Shown here piece by piece: positions 1 through 9,815 of a stretch of 64,000 nucleotides of DNA. Position numbers and translations under genes: made by a program. Below the pieces are notes generated by a model. That model was given only the letters and a program-made list of their open reading frames with translations, made no database searches and was not told the origin of the DNA. The stretch covers positions 1,067,231 through 1,131,230 of the forward strand of contig NW_003314320.1 of NCBI RefSeq assembly GCF_000143415.4, written 5' to 3'. This DNA is from Selaginella moellendorffii (taxonomy: Eukaryota > Plantae > Lycopodiophyta). Numbering within the stretch: the first letter of the stretch is position 1; each line of letters starts with the position of its first letter.

Positions 1-2641
1 TTACGGGGTACCTTTACACAAAACGGGTGTTGCGTTGGTCCCTGATGCTCGTTCTGGGGTAGTGCTGAAGTGGACGCTAGAAAATGCAGTAGAGAGGAAC
101 GGGGAGCTTCTTCTGTTCCATGTCCGATCTGTTGTCCGAACAATTACAACTCCTGGTAAGTCACTCTTTAGAAACATCACTTGCATCTAACAAATTGTGT
201 AAGTTGGGAGAGTACCTGTATCGCAAGTTTCGAAGGAAAAACTTGCAGCGTATATGGTAAGCAAGGAGGCCAAGACAGCGGACTTCTCTCAGGAGCTGCA
301 AAATGTCTGCAGACGTTATGAGGTCCGATCGGCTTGCTGAAAACTCAAAGGAAACACTTGACTTACAGGTGGAAGCAGAATTCGTTCTCGTAGAGAGCGA
401 CGATGTTGGTAAGTCTTTGGTGGAGCAAATTGAGAAGTACCAAGTGACAACATTCGTTCTTGGAGAGTCCCGAACAAACCTTCTGTAAGTAAGCAAGCTT
501 GTTTCCTGCAATGTGACACACAGTTTTAGTTCCTTTCATCAGGAGATTGAGGTCGGGAGTTTCAGACTACGTTCGGAAACATGCTCCAGATTACTGTACT
601 GTACAGTGCATATCGAAATCCTCGAAATTGGCATCATTCAGGAATGCTTCACCACCGCACTCATTCCCTCGTACAAATTCATCTCCTGCTCGTCCGAGTG
701 TGGCGGACAAATTCATTTTCCCCTTATCTCCGTCTCCATCCTCTAGCTGGCTGGAAGCTGACGCTTTGAATCGCGAAATTCTCATGGTATCGACCTCTCC
801 GCTGAAAAGTCACCTATCAATGCGAGGAAGTGACAGTAAGGATGAGATTGCTGAAGGAAGCTACCAACCTCAAACGCCGGAACTAACAGTTGTGCCACCA
901 GCCTTTCGCACTGAAGAAGAATTCGGAGAGTCTTCGCCCAGTAGTATCATCAGCGAGCCCCTGCCTGCGGATCCCAAGGTTAGATTTACAAGAACAGCAT
1001 TTTGTTCTGACTCTCTCGTGCAGGCTGTAGATCTGGAGCAAATAAACATGCTCAAGCAGCAGTTACAAAATGCCATCGTGGCTGCAAACAAAGCAAAAGA
1101 ATCTGCCGACGCTGAAACACTACGGAGCCAGGAAGCTCGCGAGAAGGCTGATTGGGCTTTAAAACGGGTAAACTGGAGATGCTATCGTCAAAAGTCTTAC
1201 GATTTCATGGCATTCCAGGCGGAAATATTGATGCGAGCGGTCGAGGAGGACAATCAGCGAGAGTATAACACAGCAAAGAAACTGGATGAGGAATCGCAGA
1301 AACGTGCTGAAGCTCTCACGCTTGTCAACACAATGAAAAAAGCACTGGTAGACGAAATCCGAAGGAGGAAGGAAATGGAAAACAGGATAGAGCTCCAATG
1401 TAAAGCAGAAGCTGAGAGAGAGGCCAACAGGCAACAACTGCTCAAGTACACACAATTCACGTTTGAGGAACTCCGAGACATCGCAGACAACTTTTCTGAG
1501 AACAACAAAATAGGAGAGGGATCATACGGTCACGTCTACAAAGGCACTCTCCACAGGACCAACGTAGCAGTCAAGGTTCTAAGACATGATAGTTGGCAAG
1601 GACCACAAGAGTTCGAACAAGAGGTACGTAAACTCACTCGAATTTCTAAAATCTCTAACGAGCATGGGAAAATAAAGGTGGAAGTGCTGAGCCGACTACA
1701 CCATCCTCACATCGTTCTACTGCTAGGCGGAAATCCGGAAAAGAAATGCCTTGTCTACGAGTACCTGGAAAATGGGAGCTTGGAAGATCGACTGTTCTGC
1801 AAGGACGACTCGCCGCCAATCTCATGCCTCACGAGGTACCAGATTGCGGTGGAAGTCGGCACAGCGCTCCTCTTCCTCCACAAGGCAAAGCCACAGCCGA
1901 TCGTGCTCCGGGACCTCAAGCCTTCCAACATCCTGCTAGACAAAAACTACAACAGTAAGATCAGCGACGTTGGGTTGGCAAGATTCATGCCAGGCGACGA
2001 GACAAGCGTGAGGAGCACATCACCTGTGGGAACTTTCGCGTACATCGATCCGGAGTACCAGCGGGAAGGCAGCTTCAATGCAAAGTCCGACGTGTTTGCT
2101 TTCGGGATCATCCTGCTCCAGCTCCTCACCGCGACGAGCCCGGTTGGAATCATCCACAAAGTTTCCACTGCCGTGGATCAGGGACACCTGATGGAGATCC
2201 TCGACACTAGCGCTGGAGAGTGGCCGCTGGCAGCCGCGACGCAGCTGGCTTGCATTGGTCTAAACTGCGCCGAGGTCCAGAGGAAGAACAGGCCGGAGCT
2301 GGAAAACGTGTTGCAGATGCTCGAGACGATGAATCATCTGTTTCGCAGCGAGGAGCGACCGAAATCCGCGGCTCCAACGCTCTTCCTGTGCCCGATTCTC
2401 CAGGTAATCATCCTGGAATTCCTCCATCCTCTTGAAATATTTCTTCGTCTTCCAGGAGGTGATGGAATACCCTGTGATCGCGTCGGACGGATACACGTAC
2501 GAGTATGACGCGATCATTCGCTGGCTCCAGAAGAGCGATGCGTCGCCGATGACGAATTTGCCGCTGGAGAACAAGAACTTGACACCGAATCGCGTCGTGA
2601 GGTCGGCGATCTGCGAGTGGAAAGCGCCAAAACTACCCTAG
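1..2641 (+). CDS. U-box/Ser-Thr kinase with N-terminal USP-like domain (PUB33/RLCK-IXb type), 5' end outside window, multi-exon
   Basis: Kinase motifs IGEGSYGHVYKG, VAVKVL, LRDLKPSNILLD, ISDVGLAR, GTFAYIDPEY. U-box FLCPILQ|EVMEYPVIASDGYTYEY...SPMTN is joined by the GT-AG intron 2404-2455. Other introns at 979-1023, 1168-1218, 1624-1677. Confidence 0.92.
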
Positions 2642-3165
2642 GATCATCTACCTGGATTCACGCGCATTTCTTGAATTTCTTGCATCCCTCGTGTGATCAT
2701 ATGTGGAAAACACTGGACCTTGTAAACATGCTGATGAACCGCCAAAAGGAGTACCATATCCCACACCCTTATCAACATTCTCAAAAAGAAAACTGCATGG
2801 ATCGAGCCTAGGATGCCACAGCAAACGTGTGTGGACTATTGTCTGTCAAGACTTGTTACCCACCTCTCTAAGTCTTTTTACCTCTCTTTGATGGATGTCA
2901 TTATGGCATCCTTAACTACATAATAAATAAGATTGTTTGCTCATGTGAGATGAATATCCAAAATTTGATTATGAAAGAAGATTATATTTTCGAATATCTA
3001 ACATTTTTTTTCAACCAACCTATGTAAATACTTTTCCAAAAGAACTAAAAGAATGTCAACAGGCTTCTTGAAAATCCTTCCTGCACTGTATCTTCCTGGA
3101 CAGATCCCCTCTCTCCTCGTTTCCCCTTTCCTTGAAGCAAGCCCTAGGCCCTAAATCCGCGTAAT

Positions 3166-3247
3166 GACACGTGGCAAATTGACACGCGTTGACACGTGGC
3201 GACCGACTTTACTTGAATTTACGCGGCATTCCCTACCCTTTATATAG
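3166..3247 (+). promoter_or_regulatory. ABRE/G-box - CE3-like - ABRE - DRE-core cluster with TATA box
   Basis: GACACGTGGC at 3166 and 3191, GACACGCGTT at 3181, ACCGAC at 3202, TTTATATAG at 3239-3247. Confidence 0.7.
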
Positions 3248-3397
3248 GGCGACGATCGTCCCCTCCGAATTCGATCGATTCGTTTCATTCTTTTGGGTGG
3301 TCTCTTCGATTGGAAGCTGAATTTTTCGATCTAGTTTCTGGGCTCTTGCGAATTTGGGCGATTCTTCCTTGTTCTTCAAAATGGCGAAACACCACCA

Positions 3398-4681
3398 TGA
3401 GGAAAAGGGGCACGGACACCACCATCAGCAGCCAGTCTATGGCTATCCCCAGCAAGGTAAGCTCTCCCAAAGGATCAATCTCTCTTTGGTCCCTTCTAGT
3501 TCTTCTAGATTGAATTAAGTTCTATTCTCCACAGGTTACTATCCACCGCCACAAAACTACAAGCAAAAGAAGCGGTCAGGGGGGTTTCTCAGAGGCTGGT
3601 GAGTGCTAGTTTCTATCTTAATAGCTTGTAATTTTTGCTGAGTTTTCTCATGGTGAGTTTTTCCTTAACAGCTTGGCTGCGCTTTGTTGCTGCTGCCTGC
3701 TTGATCAATGCTGCTGCTGCTGCGATCCAACCATACTTTGTGGCTGCTAAAGAAAATTCATATTTTTATTCATCGGGGATGTAGATATTTCGTTAGTAGA
3801 CAGCATGTAACTCTTATCCGAAGATTGACATCTGCTCAATTTAATTTATTTTTTTCAAGTAGAGCTACATGGTTTAGCAACTTATTCTCGCAGAGGGTGT
3901 AGAATTTAGTATACCTTGAATTGTCCATGGTAATCTTGGCACCCAGATTTTTATAGAAATCTGGGATCATTTGGATCAAGGGATGGGTGAATTTAGTCAA
4001 CTGGCCTTGTATAAAACCCGAGAAAATGTCATAGATAAAAGCATCAATCCATTGATTCGTCAATTCTTCTAAGAAATGGCAGTGTTCTTGTCAGCTGTGA
4101 ATTCTCCTCCTTGTGTTTGTTGTCAGCTAATGCTAATCTTCTCATAAAGTATAGTTCCACCACAGTCGAGGAGAACAGCTTCCTCCCCCTTGCACATCAC
4201 TGACAGGGCTCCCACTATTAACATCCAAGGATATGGCGACCGCCGCGGCATCAACATCACACATCCTTCATACTTTTCAGTGGTGATGTTCACCTGGTTG
4301 GACATGATTGGATTCCAATTCTATGAGTCCTACATCACCTACTGGGTTGCAAGCATTCCAGCAGGCAGCTTTGGTAAGATTGACCACATTTGATTTTGTA
4401 AAGAGTTTTTGAGTGGATTGGACTCTGATTGTGATGGATTTGGCTTTGCAGGACCTGGGAAGGGTAACGTTGTCTTGCCTTACATGTCTCCTTTAGCCAC
4501 CAACAAGTTTTTGCAATTCAGTGAACAGAACAACTCGTACTCTTTTGCGCTTGTTCCACAGGGAAGTAACTTGGTGGGGCAAATCGTGGACAACCGCATA
4601 AACCCCGCGCTGGCAAAGACACACTGCACTGGAGAGTTTATTGAGATCATCAACTTCACCACCTCGACACCTCAAAACTAA
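3398..4681 (+). CDS. Putative small spliced orphan gene of unknown function
   Basis: ACCACCATG at 3398 downstream of the TATA box. GT-AG introns 3456-3534 and 4374-4450 join readable exons (MRKRGTDTT..., ...RAPTINIQGYG...SF|GPGKGNVVLP...PQN*). The middle junction is uncertain. Confidence 0.4.
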
Positions 4682-4921
4682 ATTGTTGTTAATTCATTCG
4701 ATTATTAATAATGTTTCAACTTCAAGAAATCACACACACTAGGGACACCAACATGTTAAGTCCATTAGATCGACAAGTTTCTTGAGAGGTCCGCCCAGTG
4801 ATTCCACCTCTCCATTCAATCTAAGAGGATTTCCTCGTCGTGATTATATGAAGAAGGGCGCCTTGGTTGCCACCAGTGACAATGGTGAACTTGATTACTA
4901 GCTAGACATAACAAAAATCAG

Positions 4922-6219
4922 CTATCTCAACCACTTTGCATACTCCCACAACTTCGCGTAAGGAAGATACTGGTCTTCGTCTGAATCACAGTCTTTTTTG
5001 GTGTTGTAAGCTTGTCTTGATCCCATGAGAACAAAGCTGACAACCTGTGGCGCAGTACAAAGTTTAGGAAAAACCATGTAAAGGAAGACGAGGGCGGATC
5101 AAACCTGTTCTAGCAACAGTGGCCTCAGCTTGTGCTCCTGGAAGTTTTTCTTGCTGCACTGGTTGGCAAAAGTTTGCAAGCAAAGCTCCGATGACCAAAA
5201 CGTTGCCTTGCAAGTCAAGCACTGGGCCCTTGTGAAGAGATACAAAAGCTTTGGCGAACCTGGGAAGCAAAAATATATAATAGTAAGACACAAGAAAAGC
5301 ACTAAACGAAACAACTCACGGAGAACTGCGATCTCGAAAGCCTTCTTCCAGCAGCCTATTTTTTGGATCGAAACATCCTTGACTCTCAGAGGAGCACTGG
5401 AATCATCATCACCCAGCTCAAAACCAGCGAGCTGCAAAACTCTAGTAGGATCAAAACTCGTGTTCTCAAGAACAACCGTGAAAAGCTTCTGCCAGAGGTT
5501 TGCGTCTTTGTACTCTGAATTCCAAGACCTTCACAAAACAAGATGAAACCTGTCACATTTGTTGGAGCAGAAATCGAGATTAAAATCAAAACCTGCATAC
5601 GCAGCCAGCAGTAGCCAGCGATATGGGATCCAGGAAACTGAAAACGTGAACAAGAACATCCATCGGAAGCAGGCAGGATTCTTCACGAGAAAAAAAAATT
5701 GAAAACATAGTCAGAAAGACGAAGAAGAACAGTCTTACAAAACCATACCGTCTAGCTCGCTTTGATTCTTGGAGCTCCTTTGCAAGGAAATGGCAGCCTT
5801 TCTAAACTCCCCAGCCGCCAAGCCCTTCTTGTGCTTCGGCAAGACGGAGTCAGAAGCTTGCAGCAAAGCACTGGCAGCGGAGAAATCACCAGCCGAGCAC
5901 CATGGACAACTAGAGAAAAAAACACAAAGAACAAAGGAAAAAAAATGAGAGAAATCACGAAAGCTTTCAAAGAAGAGATTCTTACTCCTGGAGGATGCGA
6001 AACGCGGCGAGAAGATCCTGGAAGAGAGCCGCCTGGAGAGACTTGGGGGCAATTCCATAGGCCTGTTTGAGCAGCACGGCGAGCTCCTTGCAAGCTCGGG
6101 CATAGTCGCACCTAGACAAGCAAATCGATGGAGTAAATCGAGAATGTAAGCCAGTGCTAGTCTTAGTACCTCCTGTTGAGAGCCTCTCCCAGCCTTAGAG
6201 AAGAATATCGCGCCTCCAT
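4922..6219 (-). CDS. F-box protein (At5g52880-like), multi-exon
   Basis: Spliced reading MEARYSSLRLGEALN..CDYARACKELAVLLKQAY..SLQAALFQDLLAAF, F-box LPMDVLVHVFSFLDPISLATAGCVC, C-terminus DSDEDQYLPYAKLWEYAKWLR*. Confidence 0.85.
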
Positions 6220-6333
6220 GGCCTGGCATGGCTTGCTAGAAATGGTCGCCCTACATCACTCTCTCGAATATGCGTTTAGGGGGTCCCGGGTTCGACATCT
6301 CTTTCACCCCGCTGGAAAGAGAGAGGCTCTTGT

Positions 6334-8100
6334 TTAATTCACACCGGCCAAGTCGATGAGCTTTTTCGAGTGTAAATTCGAGATGGATTCAGCGATGACA
6401 CCAGCACTGCTTCTCATGTATCCTCCTGGAACAAATAAAAAAGGAAAAAGAATCACTGTTCTAGCAGCTGGAATGGAAGAAGATTAAAAAATGTTTACCA
6501 GACGTGAGCATGACAATTGGGATGTTTCTCTGGCGAGCAAAGCTGAAAACAATTTCGTCACGCTCCTTCACTCCTTCCGGTGAAACCTGCAAGGACGAGA
6601 CTGAGAAAACGCTCGAGAAACTTGAAGCAAACCTCCAATCGGCCGAGAGGATCTCCTTCCAATATGTCTGTGCCGGCGTTGTAGACCAAAAGATCTGGAG
6701 CAAAGGCTTGGAACGCCCCCTGCAACTTACGAAGTTGCTACAAAGATGCTACAAAGAGAAAAACAAGTATACAAAAGAGAACCTCAAGCTCTTGCTTTAA
6801 ACGCGTCAAGTAAGAGTCAGTCCGTGTTCCACTCTACGTGTAAGATAACACGCTTTGTTGAGAAACAATAAACAAATACTGCTTACGGAAATTTCAACTC
6901 GCCGATCAATCCAGCGTTTTGCTTCATAATCCTGCAAAGCAGTGTACATGAACATGACGAAGAAACTTACAAGTTCGTACCAGTGGATATATATCTCGAT
7001 TATACATGTCAAAGATAAACACTCGATCTGCAAGGAGTTCGCGACGATTAAGTCAAGTGGCAAACAGGAAAAGGAGCTCTACAAGTGAAAAGTACCAGAA
7101 AGAGTTACCATCATCTGCAAAATCCCTTTCATGACCATTGCCTTGGTGAGCATCAAGATCAACAATCATCGCCCTGCAATCGTTTCATGAAAACGAAAGC
7201 TCTGGAAATATGATCTCTTAAAAGCACATACCGGCTGATATTGAGATTTGCGAAAGCGAAGTGAATGCAGAGTGTTATGTCTGCATACACACAAAAACCA
7301 CCGCCTCTATAGCCACAACAATGGTGAAATCCCCCTCCAACATTTATAGCCCATCCCCGTTCATAAGCAACTTTGCCTGCTAGAACAGACCCTCCCACCT
7401 TGAAAACAACGCAAAAGAACATAAACAAGGGAAACTACCTGTTTCCAAACTACCTGTTTCCGAAATGGGACTAAAACTTTAGAACGAATGATGCAATAAG
7501 GCAGCAAAGCCACAGGGGGAACCTGTTTGATCGAGCTCAAGAAAGAGATATAAACACAAAGATTGAATATTTCTACCTCCAATATGGAGGCAGCAACATA
7601 ACTCCGCTTTAAGCTCTCCAAGTATTCCGGTGTGTGTACCTAGAAATGGAAAAAAGAAGGAAACCAAGAGAATTAATCTCCGCTTGAAGTTAAATAGTCT
7701 AGAACATACCACGAGAAGATCTTCTTTTGTAGCTTCTCCAGGCTCCATAATTCTACGTGACTCCAGCTCGCCTTTCTGGATCAGCAGCTCACACACTCTT
7801 CCCCACTTGGAAGAGTCAAATGGATGGCTGGGAGTTGAGAGACGCTCTTTAGATTCAATGCGAGAGAAAGAGCCAATCTATTTACAGTTTCTCCAATCCC
7901 AGGAACGCGATATTATACACTGCGGAGTATATGACTGGAACCTAGGCCGGAAGAACAGAAAATTGGAATTGAAATTAGCAACGGCGGGCGCCTACCTTGC
8001 CAGGAGATGCATTGGAAACGTAGAGCTTGCTCGCTTTGATCCTCGCCAAGCGCTGGGCGTCGTAAAGAGCACCGCCACTGCTGCTAGCTTGCTTCGCCAT
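6334..8100 (-). CDS. HDA2: Class IV histone deacetylase (HDA2/HDAC11-like), multi-exon
   Basis: GWAINVGGGFHHC..GGGFCVYADI, DLDAHQGNG, YNAGTDILEGDPLG, MLTSGGY across many short introns. Confidence 0.93.
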
Positions 8101-8189
8101 GCCACAAACCCTACATTTTCAGTCAAACAAGATGACACGTGTTTATCCGATAGCCCTAATTGTTTAGGTGACACGTCAGCCCGCGCCCT

Positions 8190-8236
8190 ATCCCACATGC
8201 CGTGGCACAGGATTGGGGCCTGCCCATAGTATATAA
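8190..8236 (+). promoter_or_regulatory. Plant snRNA promoter: USE + TATA with Pol II-type spacing
   Basis: ATCCCACATGC (USE consensus RTCCCACATCG) at about -73 and TATATAA at about -33 from the U2 start. Confidence 0.85.
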
Positions 8237-8262
8237 CGAGAGGGCTGGGCCACGATAATTTC

Positions 8263-8454
8263 ATACCTTTCTCGGCCTTTTGGCTAAGATCAAGTGTAGT
8301 ATCTGTTCTTATCAGTTTAATAGCTGATATGGGGCCACGTGCCCCAACGCTATTAATCTAATTTTTTGTGGGAGGGGAGCCACCGGTAGCTTGCTGCCCG
8401 GCTCTCCACGTGTCGCTTTGGCCTTACACTACCGCCTTAGCCTGGCACAACCCA
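8263..8454 (+). ncRNA. U2: U2 spliceosomal snRNA
   Basis: ATACCTTTCTCGGCCTTTTGGCTAAGATCAAGTGTAGTATCTGTTCTTATCAG, branch-pairing GTAGTA, Sm site AATTTTTTG, 3' stem-loops. Confidence 0.97.
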
Positions 8455-8615
8455 ACCCCCTAAATTTTAAAACTAAGAAGTATTATAGTTATGGAAGACC
8501 AGAATAAATGATTTTAAGACGGATACTAACTAAACTCCTTTAAATGTTTGAATGGTCCTGGGTCCAAAATAAAAAACATTAAAGCCTGGGGTTTTAGGGT
8601 TTGTAGTAAGGAAAG

Positions 8616-9759
8616 ATGGAGGAAGCGAAGATCATCCACCTGGTAAGACACGCAGAAGCCTTTCACAATGTCGATGGCGATGTGAGCCTCCATCGCCTCT
8701 TCTTCCGGGGCGAATGGCGCCATCTCTCTCCGCGCCTCCTCATTCGCGTGTTGCGGCCATTCTGGCGCCACTTCCAAGCGTGGCTGCTCTCCTTCATTGG
8801 CAAGGCCTCTCTCAAGCAAGCCCGCGCTCGCGACCAGAACTTCTTTGATCCCAAGCTCACTCCCAATGGCTGGGAACAGGTAAGAGCTCTCATTCTCTAT
8901 CACTCGCGTTTTCTTCTCATATCGCAATGCTCGAATCAGATTGGAAGGCTCCGCAAGATCGTGGGAGAGAGTGGGATTGATCGTCGCGTTCAGCTGGTTG
9001 TGGTTTCTCCGTTGACTCGGTGAGAGTTTTTTTCTATTTCTTCTTCTTGTTCATCGTTCAGTTTTTGTAGAACTTTGCAAACGGCAGTCGGTGTGTTTGG
9101 AAGCGGAGAGATCGGCAGTCCGCCTTTTGTTGCACAGGAACTGTGTAGAGAACGGATGGTATGTTTTTCTTCTCGTCCTTTTTTCTTCTTGATCTCGTCT
9201 CGTTTACGTGTTCTTTTTCTTTTTTGGTGCAATCCACTTAGAGCGTTCGATCGTCTGACAAGAGACGGGCCATTAGCAACTATGCGCCAATGTTTACAAC
9301 AGTCGATTTTTCGCAGGTGTGTTTGTGTTTTCATGAGATGCAAGGTGTGCAACATTCATTGTGTTTGTTCTCTTAGATCGAAGACGATGACGATAAAATG
9401 TGGAATCCAGACACTCCCGAGACAATGAAAGAGCTGCAAGAACGAATCACTCTTTTTCTGCAATGGTAAAGTAAAAAAAACAGAAGCTTTCCAGTTTTTT
9501 GTTTCCACAAGTATTGAATGGTGGCTTTCTTAACGAACCAGGCTTTGGGATCGCAAAGAGACGGAGATCGCTGTGGTTTCGCACAGCAGCTTCTTGCGCA
9601 ACATGCTTAAGCGCGCAAATCTATTGTAAGCCTTACAAACTTTCCATCTTCCATCTTTTTTCTGAACTGGGAATGGATTTTTACAGGCTCCCGAACTGTC
9701 AACTCACGACAGTCCGACTGACAAGATCAGGATGCGATTTCAGATTTTCCGACGCTTGA
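8616..9759 (+). CDS. Histidine phosphatase / phosphoglycerate mutase-like protein, multi-exon
   Basis: IIHLVRHAEAFHNV, FFDPKLTPNGWEQ, VVSPLTR|TLQTAVGVFG, ELCRER, EIAVVSHSSFL. Confidence 0.88.
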
Positions 9760-9815
9760 ATCTGTGTCAGCCACCGCAAACGTTTTGATACAAGGTATTT
9801 TTCAATTCCAGGAGA

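Noticed and set aside
5735-6229. 164-aa ORF-track protein
   Set aside because: It mixes wrong frame and intron sequence. The real F-box gene starts at 6219 in another frame.
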